DNA of 64,000 nt. Origin: an uncultured Christensenellaceae bacterium (GTDB taxonomy: Bacteria; Bacillota; Clostridia; Christensenellales; CAG-314). The stretch is taken from assembly GCA_910585195.1 (NCBI GenBank), contig CAJUCX010000003.1:1828-65827 (forward strand). The letters are read 5' to 3'. Shown piece by piece: positions 18,359-28,258 of the stretch. Made by a program: the position numbers and the translations under genes. Under the pieces are notes generated by a model. It did no database searches. It was given only the letters and a program-made list of their open reading frames with translations, and was not told the origin of the DNA. Every line of letters starts with the position of its first letter. The first letter of the stretch is position 1.

Positions 18359-19722
18359 AGCAACTCGCTTTCCTTTGTTTTTGTAATTTTATAATTTTTC
18401 CACTTGCCTGTGCGCATATACACAATGCAAATAATTATTGACACTATACTTGCGATGGGCGCCGCAAGACCGATTTCAAACAGCCCCGTATCGGGCAATA
18501 TGCTCATAATATAAGCAAACGGCACGCGGATTGCAAAAGTGGCTATAAGACTGTGCGCCATTGTAAACACAGTTTTTCCGCATCCGTTGAAAAACCCGTT
18601 CATACAGAAAATAAAGCATACAAGCACGCAGTCGAAAATGTACGACCGCATATATACAAAGCCCGCTTCTATAACTTCCTTATCGGGAGAGAATATAGAC
18701 AGCAGTATCCTGCCGCCGCCTAATTCCGTAAACAGCACTATTGCCGCCTCTATCGCAAAGGTAAACAATATGCCGTACATCATACATTTTTTTGCCCTGT
18801 CGGGTCTGTCGGCGCCTATGTTTTGAGCAGTCATTGCGGCGATTGCCATAGACAGCGCGCTTGGCGGAAGCATAGTAAAGCATATTACTTTTTCCACCAC
18901 GCCTACGGCGGCGGACTCCACCAAGCCCTTGCCGTTTAATATGGAAGTTATTATCAAAAAAGAAATATTAACAAGCGCTTCCTGCAAAGCGACGGGAGAG
19001 CCAAACCTCAAAATGCCGGACGTCTTTTGTTTTTCCAACCTGACGTAATTTTTCTTTACAGAAAGACCGAAGCCTCTTATTTTAAGGTAAACAAGCGCAA
19101 AAACAAAACTGCACGCCTGCGCTATAATGGTTGCATAAGCCGCGCCGGCCGCTTTCATATCAAGCACTGCGACAAACAGCAAATCCAACCCGACGTTTAT
19201 TACCGTTGCCACTATGACGAATATCATAGGACTTGTGCTGTCGCCCATTCCGCGCAATATACTGCTGACGGCGTTGTAACCTACAATAAAAATTATGCCG
19301 GCAGAGCATATGAAGATATATTCCACCGTTTGGTCGAAGGCTTCCTGCGGCGCCTGCATAATCAGCGCAACCTGCGTTGCCAAAAGCAGCATAATTGCCG
19401 TAAGAATAACCGCAACAACGGCAAAAAGCGCAACGGTTGCGCCGACTGTTTTTGCGGCGTCGTCTTTTTTGTTTGCGCCTATATACTGACCGACAAGCAC
19501 CGTCGCGCCCGTGGCAAGACCTGTTATTATGCCGGTTATGGTCTTCATAACCTGACTGCCGGTGGACACCGCGGATACCGCCGCCGTGCTGCAAAACTGC
19601 CCCACCACCAACAGGTCGATTGCGCCGTAAAGCAGTTGCAAAAAGTTTGCAACCAAAAACGGCAAAGCAAATTTCATAAGCGTGGGGAATATCTTTCCGC
19701 CCGTCAAAGCGTTTTCGTTCAT
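18355..19722 (-). CDS. MATE family efflux transporter
   Basis: 455 aa, 12-TM-like. N-terminal PTLMKFALPFLVANFLQLLYGAIDLLVVGQ is typical of MATE. Its stop overlaps the glpP ATG (ATGA). Confidence 0.9.
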   Translation of the reverse strand: MNENALTGGKIFPTLMKFALPFLVANFLQLLYGAIDLLVVGQFCSTAAVSAVSTGSQVMKTITGIITGLATGATVLVGQYIGANKKDDAAKTVGATVALFAVVAVILTAIMLLLATQVALIMQAPQEAFDQTVEYIFICSAGIIFIVGYNAVSSILRGMGDSTSPMIFVIVATVINVGLDLLFVAVLDMKAAGAAYATIIAQACSFVFALVYLKIRGFGLSVKKNYVRLEKQKTSGILRFGSPVALQEALVNISFLIITSILNGKGLVESAAVGVVEKVICFTMLPPSALSMAIAAMTAQNIGADRPDRAKKCMMYGILFTFAIEAAIVLFTELGGGRILLSIFSPDKEVIEAGFVYMRSYIFDCVLVCFIFCMNGFFNGCGKTVFTMAHSLIATFAIRVPFAYIMSILPDTGLFEIGLAAPIASIVSIIICIVYMRTGKWKNYKITKTKESELL

Positions 19723-19808
19723 AATGTATATTATAACACAACGATTACGTCGGCGTAAGCAAAATCTGCCGCAAACAACAATCGAGTGTTATGGGTTTTG
19801 CAACTCGG

Positions 19809-20744
19809 TTATTTTTCTTTATCGGAATTATCGTCCGTCAAACTGTCATTCGACTCGCTCGGCTGTTTCTTTTTACGCAAAAACTCCAACTTTGTTTCGG
19901 AAATAAGCACCGCTATAAATATCAAAACAAAACCTACTGCTATTTTTAGCGTCAGCACTTCGTGATAGAATATGACGCTGAACATTACGCCGAACATTGC
20001 TTCGAAAGTCAAAATTATTGCAACTGACGATGACGGAATATATTTTTGACTGATATTTTGAAACAGCATTGCAACGGTTGTACCAAACAACGCAAGGTAT
20101 GCGATTTCAAGCCACGCTCCCGTGGAAATCTCCGCAGGCATTGTTTCCGTACACAGCGACAAAACGGCGCATATTATGCCGGTTGCGGCAAATTGCATAA
20201 TGGTAAGCAATACGGGGTCTTTGTCTTTATTAAAAGCAGACACAAACACTATATGCAAACCGAAAAACAAACCGCCGACAAGCGTCAGCCAATCGCCCGT
20301 GCTTATGGAAAAATCGCCGTCCAACGACACAAGACCTATACCCACAAGGCAAGTTACCGCGGCAATAAAATTGTAAGCGTCGGGGCGCTTGCGATAAAAT
20401 ATCCACAATAGAAAGGGAACCAACACGCAGTAAACCGCAGTCAAAAAGGCGTTTTTGCCCGGTGTAGTGCCCAACAGCCCGAAAGTTTGAAAGATATATG
20501 CGGCGGCAAGAAACGCGCCTATTATTGCCCCTTGCCAAACGTACGACCAGTTTAGTTGTTTGAGTTTTTTGCAAAATATAATTGACAGCAATATTGCCGC
20601 TGCGAGAAACCTAAACGCAAGTATAAAATATGTCGGTATGCTGTCCAGCGCATTTTTAAGTATAACAAACGTACTGCCCCAAATGAGCGTAGACGTAAGC
20701 AACGCAAGTCTTGCCAGCAAACCTATTTTTTTAGATTTTTCCAT
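19809..20744 (-). CDS. DMT superfamily (EamA-like) transporter
   Basis: 311 aa, 10 hydrophobic helices, two EamA-like halves. Confidence 0.85.
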   Translation of the reverse strand: MEKSKKIGLLARLALLTSTLIWGSTFVILKNALDSIPTYFILAFRFLAAAILLSIIFCKKLKQLNWSYVWQGAIIGAFLAAAYIFQTFGLLGTTPGKNAFLTAVYCVLVPFLLWIFYRKRPDAYNFIAAVTCLVGIGLVSLDGDFSISTGDWLTLVGGLFFGLHIVFVSAFNKDKDPVLLTIMQFAATGIICAVLSLCTETMPAEISTGAWLEIAYLALFGTTVAMLFQNISQKYIPSSSVAIILTFEAMFGVMFSVIFYHEVLTLKIAVGFVLIFIAVLISETKLEFLRKKKQPSESNDSLTDDNSDKEK

Positions 20745-20820
20745 ACCGTAAAATTATATTGTTGCGTCGCTTTTAAGTCAAGTTTTTGCGCGTAAAGTAA
20801 TAACGAGGAACACAAACGTT

Positions 20821-20850
20821 AAAAAAACACGGCGTATTGCCGTGTTTTTT
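20821..20850. terminator. Bidirectional terminator hairpin
   Basis: A7-ACACGGC-GTATT-GCCGTGT-T6. Confidence 0.75.
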
Positions 20851-20955
20851 GACATTTGCTTTTGATTAAATTTTATCAATAAAATCAATTTGCTTTTACA
20901 AGCAAAGCAAAAAAACTTTGCTTATGCTCTTTTCCCTTATTTGCCGTCGGGGAAG

Positions 20956-22317
20956 TTATTTCAAGAGTTGCGGCGCGTATTTGTTTACCAAATACTCCAA
21001 CTCTTCGTCGCCGTATTTGGTTACCCTGCCGTTTGCGTATTCTTTGTCGATATGCTCTTTAATAGGCAACAGTCTTGAATCGTTTTTGCCGACTACTTCC
21101 TTGCCCATAAAGAGATTTATCCAATGGGCAATGCCTGCAATGCCCGACGCGTTGTTAATGCTTACCCTAGGCGGACGGTTTAATATTTTTTCCGTATCGA
21201 AAATGTTGTAAATTTCTTCGTCTTTCATAAGACCGTCGGCGTGCACGCCTGCAAGAGTGGTGTTGAAGTCTTTGCCAACAAACGGAGTTTTTGACGGAAT
21301 TTTATATCCTATGACCTTTTGATAATAGTCTGCAATTTCGGTAATAACGCGCGTGTCCATACCGTCGGTAGTTCCGCGAAGTTGCGCATACTCTATAACC
21401 ATTGCTTCAAGCGGAGTGTTGCCGGTTCTCTCGCCTATACCCAAAAGCGAGCAGTTTACGCCGCTTGCGCCGTAAAGCCACGCATAAGCCGAGTTGGTAA
21501 CCGCTTTGTAAAAATCGTTATGTCCGTGCCATTCTATAAGCGCACTCGGGATTTCCGCATGGAAATGCAAACCGTGTATTATGCCCGATACGCTTCTCGG
21601 CAGACTTGCGCCGACGTAAGGCACGCCGTAGCCCATTGTATCGCACGCGCGGATTTTTATGTCAATGCCGCTTTCGTCCATAAGTTTTTTAAGTTCGCTG
21701 GCAAACGGTACTACAAAACCGTAAAAGTCCGCTCTTGTAATGTCTTCCATATGACAGCGCGGTTTGATGCCTACCGACAAAGCGTCTTTAATAATGCCCA
21801 AATATTTTTCCAACGCCTGTTTACGGCTCAAACCCAATTTTTTGAAAATATGATAGTCGCTGCAACTTACCAAAATGCCGCATTCCTTAAAGCCCATTTC
21901 TTTGGCAAGCAAAAAGTCCTCTTTTTTGGCTCTTATCCAACCGGTAATTTCAGGAAACTCAAAGCCCAGTTCCTGACATTTCCTTACGGCTTGCCTATCC
22001 TTTTCGCTATATAAAAAGAATTCGCTTTGGCGGATAATGCCCTTTGGTCCGCCGAGTTTATGCAAAAGTTTGAACAAATCTACAATTTGCTCTATCGAAT
22101 ACGGCGCGCGCGATTGCTGACCGTCGCGGAAAGTCGTATCGGTTATCCAAATTTCATCAGGTACGCACATAGGCACGCGTCTGCGGTTGAATGTTACCTT
22201 AGGGATTTCTTCATAATTGTAAATATCTCTATATAAATTAGGTTCTTTTACGTCCTGCAACTGATAGTGATACAACGGCTCATCAAGCGTATTGAAATGA
22301 TTGTTAAATTTAAGCAT
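20956..22317 (-). CDS. HMGL-like aldolase family protein (isopropylmalate / homocitrate / Re-citrate synthase family)
   Basis: ITDTTFRDGQQS and HGHNDF motifs. Start set at MLKFNN (ATG 22317), which follows GAGGGG. Assignment to Re-citrate synthase is only a guess from the N-terminal extension. Confidence 0.7.
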   Translation of the reverse strand: MLKFNNHFNTLDEPLYHYQLQDVKEPNLYRDIYNYEEIPKVTFNRRRVPMCVPDEIWITDTTFRDGQQSRAPYSIEQIVDLFKLLHKLGGPKGIIRQSEFFLYSEKDRQAVRKCQELGFEFPEITGWIRAKKEDFLLAKEMGFKECGILVSCSDYHIFKKLGLSRKQALEKYLGIIKDALSVGIKPRCHMEDITRADFYGFVVPFASELKKLMDESGIDIKIRACDTMGYGVPYVGASLPRSVSGIIHGLHFHAEIPSALIEWHGHNDFYKAVTNSAYAWLYGASGVNCSLLGIGERTGNTPLEAMVIEYAQLRGTTDGMDTRVITEIADYYQKVIGYKIPSKTPFVGKDFNTTLAGVHADGLMKDEEIYNIFDTEKILNRPPRVSINNASGIAGIAHWINLFMGKEVVGKNDSRLLPIKEHIDKEYANGRVTKYGDEELEYLVNKYAPQLLK

Positions 22318-22529
22318 AAGACCCCTCAAAATTTTAATAATGCAAAGTATATTATTTTTTGTTGTATTTGTCAATGTAATCAAAAGCGCAACCGCCGTAA
22401 TTTTTAAGAATTTATTTTTGCAATTCTTTGATTATATTAAATCAAGTTTTTACACCTAAGTCATAACCCAATAATAAGCAAAACACTGTTTGTTTTATTT
22501 GCAAAATTAAAAACCGTCGGTGTTTCAAG

Positions 22530-22561
22530 AAAAAACAAAATGCCGCGTGTTTCCACGCGGC
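22530..22561 (-). terminator. Terminator after the collagen-repeat gene
   Basis: GCCGCGTG-TTTC-CACGCGGC with a T-rich tail on the minus strand. Confidence 0.7.
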
Positions 22562-22604
22562 TTAAAACGATAAATATTTTTCAGTCATTTTCTGTACAGG
22601 TATA

Positions 22605-23192
22605 TCAAGAAATTACTTCCCAAATTACGTTACTTTGCGAAACGGCGCCGTCGCCCCACACTGCAAAACCGGGGTCGCCCTTTTCTCCTTTGTCGCCTTT
22701 GTCCCCCTTAAAATCGCCGTCGGCAATTTGCTGCGACACTTGCTCGATAAGTTGATTTAGCGCCGTCCGTCCGTCTTTCAAATCATCAAAAAGCCGCTGC
22801 GCCTCTGCCAAAAAGTCTTTGACGAAATGCGTCTGCGTATTTGCGTTTATGCTTGACAACACGGGGAACTCCGCCGTCTGCGACTTAAAAACTCTGTCGC
22901 CGTCTATTGAAACAACCTGCACTTGTGCGTTGCCGCAGCCTGACAGTATGCTGTTTTCCAACTCGTAAACAAGTTGACCGTCGGAGGGAATTATCGGCGG
23001 CGTTACGTATCTTTTGCCGTCAGCGCACTTAAACTCGAAATAATGCTTTGCCGACTGTTCCTGCAACAATGTGCCGTCGGCTTCAACGCACAGTTGAACG
23101 GAAATATTTTCTCCCGAGTTTATGACGGGTATTTCCGTAAGGTGCAACTCGCCGGACTCCGCAAGTTTCGCTTTCAATTTTTTTAAGGTCAT
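22605..23192 (-). CDS. Hypothetical protein with a short collagen-like repeat; resembles the N-terminal part of phage tail-fibre/baseplate proteins
   Basis: 195 aa. GDK-GDK-GEK-GDP triplets lie near the C-terminus. It has its own terminator, and no other phage genes are adjacent. Confidence 0.5.
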   Translation of the reverse strand: MTLKKLKAKLAESGELHLTEIPVINSGENISVQLCVEADGTLLQEQSAKHYFEFKCADGKRYVTPPIIPSDGQLVYELENSILSGCGNAQVQVVSIDGDRVFKSQTAEFPVLSSINANTQTHFVKDFLAEAQRLFDDLKDGRTALNQLIEQVSQQIADGDFKGDKGDKGEKGDPGFAVWGDGAVSQSNVIWEVIS

Positions 23193-23395
23193 TTTATTGC
23201 TCCTTGTGTAAATATTGAAGTTTCGCTTCTTTATTGTAACTTACGCGACCGCAAATTCTGCCCCGCCGTGCCAAATTTTTTATACTTGTGTTTTGATAAA
23301 ACTGCAATTTTTTGTATTGAAAATATTTAATATTACAATTGATAAACAACTTACAAATAAGTTATCAAAAGGGGAAAGACATATAAAAAAAGACC

Positions 23396-24175
23396 TCAAC
23401 GGTCTTTTTTGAAGATTTCCAAAACTTGGCTTATATCTTTGCCGACGCCCAAAGGATTGTACTCGGCATTGTATTTTTCGTAAAATTTGGAAATATAGCC
23501 GTCTCGCGAAAAACTGTAATAATCGTCCTTGCCTATTATCAAGTGTTCCGTCAGCACGACGTCAATGCCGCGCAGCGCCGTATAAAGCGCTTTGGTAAAA
23601 ATTATGTCGTCGTTTGACGGATTTACCGAGCCGTTGGGGTGCGAATGCGCAATGACGACCGCAGTTGCCTGCGCTATAACGCAAAACTCCACGACCTCGC
23701 GCAAAGGCACGTTTACTTTGTTTAGCGTACCTTTCCACTTCTTTACGGAAAGTATACTTCCGTCGCTGTCAAGGCAAATGACGACAAACTCTTCCTTGAC
23801 GCTGCTTTCCAACAGCGCCTTGCAATAATCCAACGCGTCGCCGAAAAACCGCAGTTTCTTTTTGTTTTCCAACTTATCCGCCTGATAGCATCTGAACGCC
23901 GCAGGGTAAGTTTTAAGCAAGACGGCGTTTTGTTTGCCCACGCCGTCAACCTTCATAAGTTCTTCGACGGGCGCGTCGAACACCGCCGACAAACTGCCGA
24001 ATTTGTCAATCAATGCGTGCGCAATGCCGTTGGTGTTTTTGCGTTTGTTTGCACCGTATAAAATAATTTCTATTACTTCGTGCGGAAAAAACGAATCGCT
24101 GTCGGCGATAAACTTTTCGCGCATACGCTCGCGATGACCGTCGTGAGGATTTGCTTTGGTAGGTTTTTCGTCCAT
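23396..24175 (-). CDS. radC: RadC-like JAB/MPN domain protein
   Basis: 259 aa. HSHPNGSVNPSNDD JAMM-like motif and an N-terminal helix-hairpin-helix-like region. Confidence 0.85.
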   Translation of the reverse strand: MDEKPTKANPHDGHRERMREKFIADSDSFFPHEVIEIILYGANKRKNTNGIAHALIDKFGSLSAVFDAPVEELMKVDGVGKQNAVLLKTYPAAFRCYQADKLENKKKLRFFGDALDYCKALLESSVKEEFVVICLDSDGSILSVKKWKGTLNKVNVPLREVVEFCVIAQATAVVIAHSHPNGSVNPSNDDIIFTKALYTALRGIDVVLTEHLIIGKDDYYSFSRDGYISKFYEKYNAEYNPLGVGKDISQVLEIFKKDR

Positions 24176-24176
24176 A

Positions 24177-25046
24177 TTATTTTACAAGTTGTTTAAGATA
24201 CTCGGCAAATTTTGCACCGAGGTTTTCGTCGCGCAAACCGTACTCTACCGTTGCTTTTAAGTAACCGAGTTTGTCGCCCAAGTCATACCTTAAACCCTCG
24301 AAGTCATAAGCATAAATGCCATTGGTCTGCGCCTGCAAATTGAGCGCATCGGTAAACTGCAACTCGCCGTTTTTTGCAACGGAAATTTTACGCAGATAGT
24401 CAAAGAAGTCGGCGGAAATTACGTATCTGCCGAGCGCGGCATAAAAACTTGGTGCTTTGTCTACCGCGGGCTTTTCCACTATGTTTTTAATAAAGAAAGT
24501 TCTGTCGTCTTTTTGCTCTACCACGTCGATAGAACCGTACTTGACGATATTTTCCGGCAAGACTTTTTGCACGCCTATTACCGTCGTGCCGTATTTTTCG
24601 TAACAGTCTGCAAGCTGTTTGGTTACGCTGTTGTCGGTGTAAATAAGGTCGTCGCCGTTAAGCACCGCGCCGGCTTGCCCGTCCAAAAATTCTTCCGCAA
24701 GCAACACCGCGCTGCCGCTGCCGTTTGCAACCTTTTGATACGCAAACTTTATGTTTGCCATAGTGCCGATGTCGTGCAACAACTTTGCTTCCGCATTTTT
24801 GCCGTGCTGCGTCAAGAAGTTTTCAAAATCGCCGTCTACGGAAAAATGTTTTTCTATCATAGTTTTGTCGGGACTTATGATAATAAGTATGTCTTTTATG
24901 CCGGCGTTTACTACTTCGTCAACAATCAACTGCAACGACGGAGTATCCACCACAGGCAGCATCTCCTTCGGGCACGCCTTCGTATAAGGCAAAAAGCGTG
25001 TGCCGCGTCCTGCCGCAAGTATAATTGCTTTGTTTACTTTCTTCAT
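24177..25046 (-). CDS. galU: UTP-glucose-1-phosphate uridylyltransferase family protein
   Basis: 289 aa. AAGRGTRFLPYTKACPKEMLPVVD, VEKP and GRYV motifs are collinear with GalU. Confidence 0.9.
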   Translation of the reverse strand: MKKVNKAIILAAGRGTRFLPYTKACPKEMLPVVDTPSLQLIVDEVVNAGIKDILIIISPDKTMIEKHFSVDGDFENFLTQHGKNAEAKLLHDIGTMANIKFAYQKVANGSGSAVLLAEEFLDGQAGAVLNGDDLIYTDNSVTKQLADCYEKYGTTVIGVQKVLPENIVKYGSIDVVEQKDDRTFFIKNIVEKPAVDKAPSFYAALGRYVISADFFDYLRKISVAKNGELQFTDALNLQAQTNGIYAYDFEGLRYDLGDKLGYLKATVEYGLRDENLGAKFAEYLKQLVK

Positions 25047-25069
25047 TGTTTTCTCCTTTGTTTTATATT

Positions 25070-26851
25070 TTACTCTACCGTAACGCTTTTTGCAAGGTTA
25101 CGCGGCTTGTCGGGATTTATGCCGCGCTCTATGCTCATATAATATGCAAACAACTGCAACGGAATAATTGCCGACATCGGCGCAATAAGTCCCGATGAAG
25201 ACGGCAACTGCAAAAATGCGTCGCACTCTACGTCGTTTTTTGCCTTTTCAAACGGAGTGATGATAACAACCTTGCCGCCGCGCGCCTGCACTTCGTGAAG
25301 GGCGTTGCAGGTTTTTTCCGCCACGTGTCTTTGCGTAACCACCGCGATGACGAGAGCGTTTTTGTCAATCAACGCAAGCGTACCGTGTTTAAGCTCGCCC
25401 GAGGCAAAACCCTCGCTATGTATGTAAGACACTTCTTTAAGTTTAAGCGTGCCTTCCAAAGCCAATGCATAATCCAGCCCCCTGCCTATAAAAAACACCG
25501 ACTGCTTTTTGCAAAACTCTTTTGCAAGTTTGTGCACCTGCTCGTCGAGCGCAAGGGTCTTTTGCGTCAACTGCGGCAAACTTTCAATTTCCTTTTTAAT
25601 GGCGGCAACCGACTTTAAGTCGTCGGACAATACCGTCGCAACGCACAAAAACAACAGTATCTGCGTGAGATAACTCTTCGTCGCGGCAACGGCGACTTCC
25701 GCCCCCGCCTTTGTATGCAACACCATATCGGCATAGCGCGTAATGGAAGAATGCGCAACGTTTGTTATAACCACGACGTCCGCGCCTTTGCTTTTTGCAA
25801 GTCTTACGCCTGCGATGGTGTCTGCCGTCTCGCCGCTTTGGCTTACCGCAACCACAACCGTCTTGTCGTCAATTATAGGATTTTTGTAACGGAATTCGCT
25901 TGCAAGTTCTACCTCCACGGGAACTCTCAACACCGTTTCGAAAATATTTTTGCCCACCAAACACGCATTATACGCCGTGCCGCATCCTATCATTACAACT
26001 TTATCATTTTTTGAAAAAATGTCAACAACGCCGAGCTTCTTTTCGTCGTTTGCAAAAAATTCTTCCGCTGTATACTGCACCGCCTTAGGAATTTCGTAAA
26101 TTTCTTTATACATAAAACTTTTGCAGTCGGCTGGCGCAAAATACTCGGTTGCTGTTTTTTCGATTTTGACCGCCTTTCTATTGCCGTTGCCGTCAAACAG
26201 TTTTATGCCCTGCGAGGATACTTCGCCTATTTCGTTGTCTTTAAGATACACCGCTTTGTCGGTATATTGCGAAAACGCCATACAGTCGCTTGCCACAAAG
26301 CACTCTGCGTCGCCTATGCCCACAACAAGCGGACTTTGTTTTTTGACAACGAATATTTTGTCGGGAAAGTCTTTGCAAAGTATTGCCAATGCAAAAGAGC
26401 CTTTAAGTTTTTTCAACGCCGCAGACAGCGCTTTTATCACGTCGCCGTCGTAAACGTCGTCCAAAAATACCGCGATTGCTTCGCTGTCGGTTTGAGTCAA
26501 AAACCTTTTGCCCTTGTTTGCAAGTTGGCTTTTTATAGAAACAAAATTTTCTATAATGCCGTTATGTACTAATGTAAATTTTCCGCAGGTGTGCGGGTGC
26601 GAATTTACGTCGCTTGGCGCGCCGTGCGTGGCCCAGCGCGTATGACCTATGCCGCAGTTTCCTTCCGTACCTATCGTAGCGCTTTCCAACTGACTTACGT
26701 AGCCGGCGCGCTTTATGCAATTTATTTTGCCGCAGCCGTCAAACACTGCAAGTCCTGCCGAGTCGTAACCGCGATACTCCAAAATTTTAAGCCCTTGTAT
26801 TATGTAATCCCTTGCTCTTCTTTTGCCGATATATCCTACTATACCGCACAT
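25070..26851 (-). CDS. glmS: Glutamine-fructose-6-phosphate aminotransferase
   Basis: 593 aa. MCGIVGY N-terminal nucleophile, two SIS domains, and a C-terminal ...NLAKSVTVE. Confidence 0.95.
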   Translation of the reverse strand: MCGIVGYIGKRRARDYIIQGLKILEYRGYDSAGLAVFDGCGKINCIKRAGYVSQLESATIGTEGNCGIGHTRWATHGAPSDVNSHPHTCGKFTLVHNGIIENFVSIKSQLANKGKRFLTQTDSEAIAVFLDDVYDGDVIKALSAALKKLKGSFALAILCKDFPDKIFVVKKQSPLVVGIGDAECFVASDCMAFSQYTDKAVYLKDNEIGEVSSQGIKLFDGNGNRKAVKIEKTATEYFAPADCKSFMYKEIYEIPKAVQYTAEEFFANDEKKLGVVDIFSKNDKVVMIGCGTAYNACLVGKNIFETVLRVPVEVELASEFRYKNPIIDDKTVVVAVSQSGETADTIAGVRLAKSKGADVVVITNVAHSSITRYADMVLHTKAGAEVAVAATKSYLTQILLFLCVATVLSDDLKSVAAIKKEIESLPQLTQKTLALDEQVHKLAKEFCKKQSVFFIGRGLDYALALEGTLKLKEVSYIHSEGFASGELKHGTLALIDKNALVIAVVTQRHVAEKTCNALHEVQARGGKVVIITPFEKAKNDVECDAFLQLPSSSGLIAPMSAIIPLQLFAYYMSIERGINPDKPRNLAKSVTVE

Positions 26852-26962
26852 ATATATACCCCGAGCATACTTTTAATTTTATTTTTTTGCCATATTTTTC
26901 TTTACTGAATTCTACTCTTCAAACTGCTTTTGCTGTTTATGGTTTTTCAACCGTAAAATCCG

Positions 26963-28252
26963 TTAAATTCTCATTATAATATCCGCCAAGATTTTGCCGA
27001 CCTGTTCGCCCTTTGCAGCGTCTCTGCACTCGGTCATAATCCTTATTTTAGGCTCCGTGCCGCTTGCGCGCACCAAAATTCTGCCGTCAAAGCCGTCGCT
27101 CAACTTTGCCACGTTTCTCCATAAATCTTCGTGGTTTATGACAAGCATTTTGTCCGCCACGACCAAATCCAAATTAAACTGCGGATAAAGCTGTATATCA
27201 GCCAACTGCGACAGTTTGGCTTGCTTGATGACTTTTGCCAACTGCAACGCCGTAAGCACTCCGTCGCCCGTGCTTAACAAATGCCTTATGATGATATGTC
27301 CCGACTGCTCTCCGCCTATCTCCGCGCGGCTTGACGCCATAAGAGCGTTGACGTATTTGTCGCCTATGTCTGCGTGCAGCAACTTTATGCCGTCGGCTTG
27401 CAGAGCCTTTTCCACACCCATATTTGTATGCGAAGTGCCTACCGCGCAGTCGTTTTTGAGCAAACCTTTCTTCTTGTATTCCTTTGCCAAAATGCAAAGA
27501 ATCTTGTCGCCGTCTACCACGTTGCCGCACTCGTCCACGGCAATAAGTCTGTCGCCGTCGCCGTCAAAACAAAAGCCCGCGTCCGCCCCGCACTCGACAA
27601 CTTTTTTTGCAGCAAACTCGGGGTGCAAAGAACCGCAGTTTCTGTTTATGTTTTTGCCGTCTGCACGGCAAGACAGCAAAACCGTCTCCGCCCCTAATGA
27701 GGAAAACACCTTCGGCGCGGTTTTGCAGGTTGCGCCGTTGCTGCAATCCAACACGATTTTCAATCCCGACAGGCTTTCGTCAATGGTATCCGAAAGAAAG
27801 TTTCTGTAAATTTCCACCGCTCGCGTCTGCGTATATTTGCCCGTTGCGCAACCGTCCGCAAGCACCGTCGTCGCCATAAATTTTTCTATACGCTCTTCTT
27901 CCTCGTCGGCAAGTTTCACGCCAAGAGAAGAAAAAACCTTTATGCCGTTAAACTCGGGCGGATTGTGCGACGCGCTTATGACCACACCGAATCGGCAATC
28001 CAGCACGTCGGTAAGATATGCAATGCACGGCGTAGGCACTATACCCACGTCTATTACGTCGCAGCCGCCGGAAAGCGCACCGCTTGCCAAAGAAACCGCC
28101 AGCATATCGCCGGATTGTCTTGTATCTCTGCCTATCACTATTTTGTCCGCGCCAGCCTGTGCAAGAGCGTTGCCGCATTTGAAAGCGAGGTCGGGGGTAA
28201 TTTGTCTGTTTGCTATTCCTCTTATGCCGTCAGTTCCAAAATAAAGTCCCAT
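26963..28252 (-). CDS. glmM: Phosphoglucosamine mutase
   Basis: 429 aa. MGLYFGTDGIRG start, SASHNPPEFNGIK phosphoserine loop and a FDGDGDR metal loop. Confidence 0.9.
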   Translation of the reverse strand: MGLYFGTDGIRGIANRQITPDLAFKCGNALAQAGADKIVIGRDTRQSGDMLAVSLASGALSGGCDVIDVGIVPTPCIAYLTDVLDCRFGVVISASHNPPEFNGIKVFSSLGVKLADEEEERIEKFMATTVLADGCATGKYTQTRAVEIYRNFLSDTIDESLSGLKIVLDCSNGATCKTAPKVFSSLGAETVLLSCRADGKNINRNCGSLHPEFAAKKVVECGADAGFCFDGDGDRLIAVDECGNVVDGDKILCILAKEYKKKGLLKNDCAVGTSHTNMGVEKALQADGIKLLHADIGDKYVNALMASSRAEIGGEQSGHIIIRHLLSTGDGVLTALQLAKVIKQAKLSQLADIQLYPQFNLDLVVADKMLVINHEDLWRNVAKLSDGFDGRILVRASGTEPKIRIMTECRDAAKGEQVGKILADIIMRI

Positions 28253-28258
28253 ATACTC

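Noticed and set aside
26852-26962. Possible glmS ribozyme upstream of glmS, which is common in Firmicutes
   Set aside because: The glmM-glmS spacer is only 111 nt and very AT-rich. It lacks the GC-rich conserved core segments I remember for the ribozyme. glmS appears to be co-transcribed with glmM.
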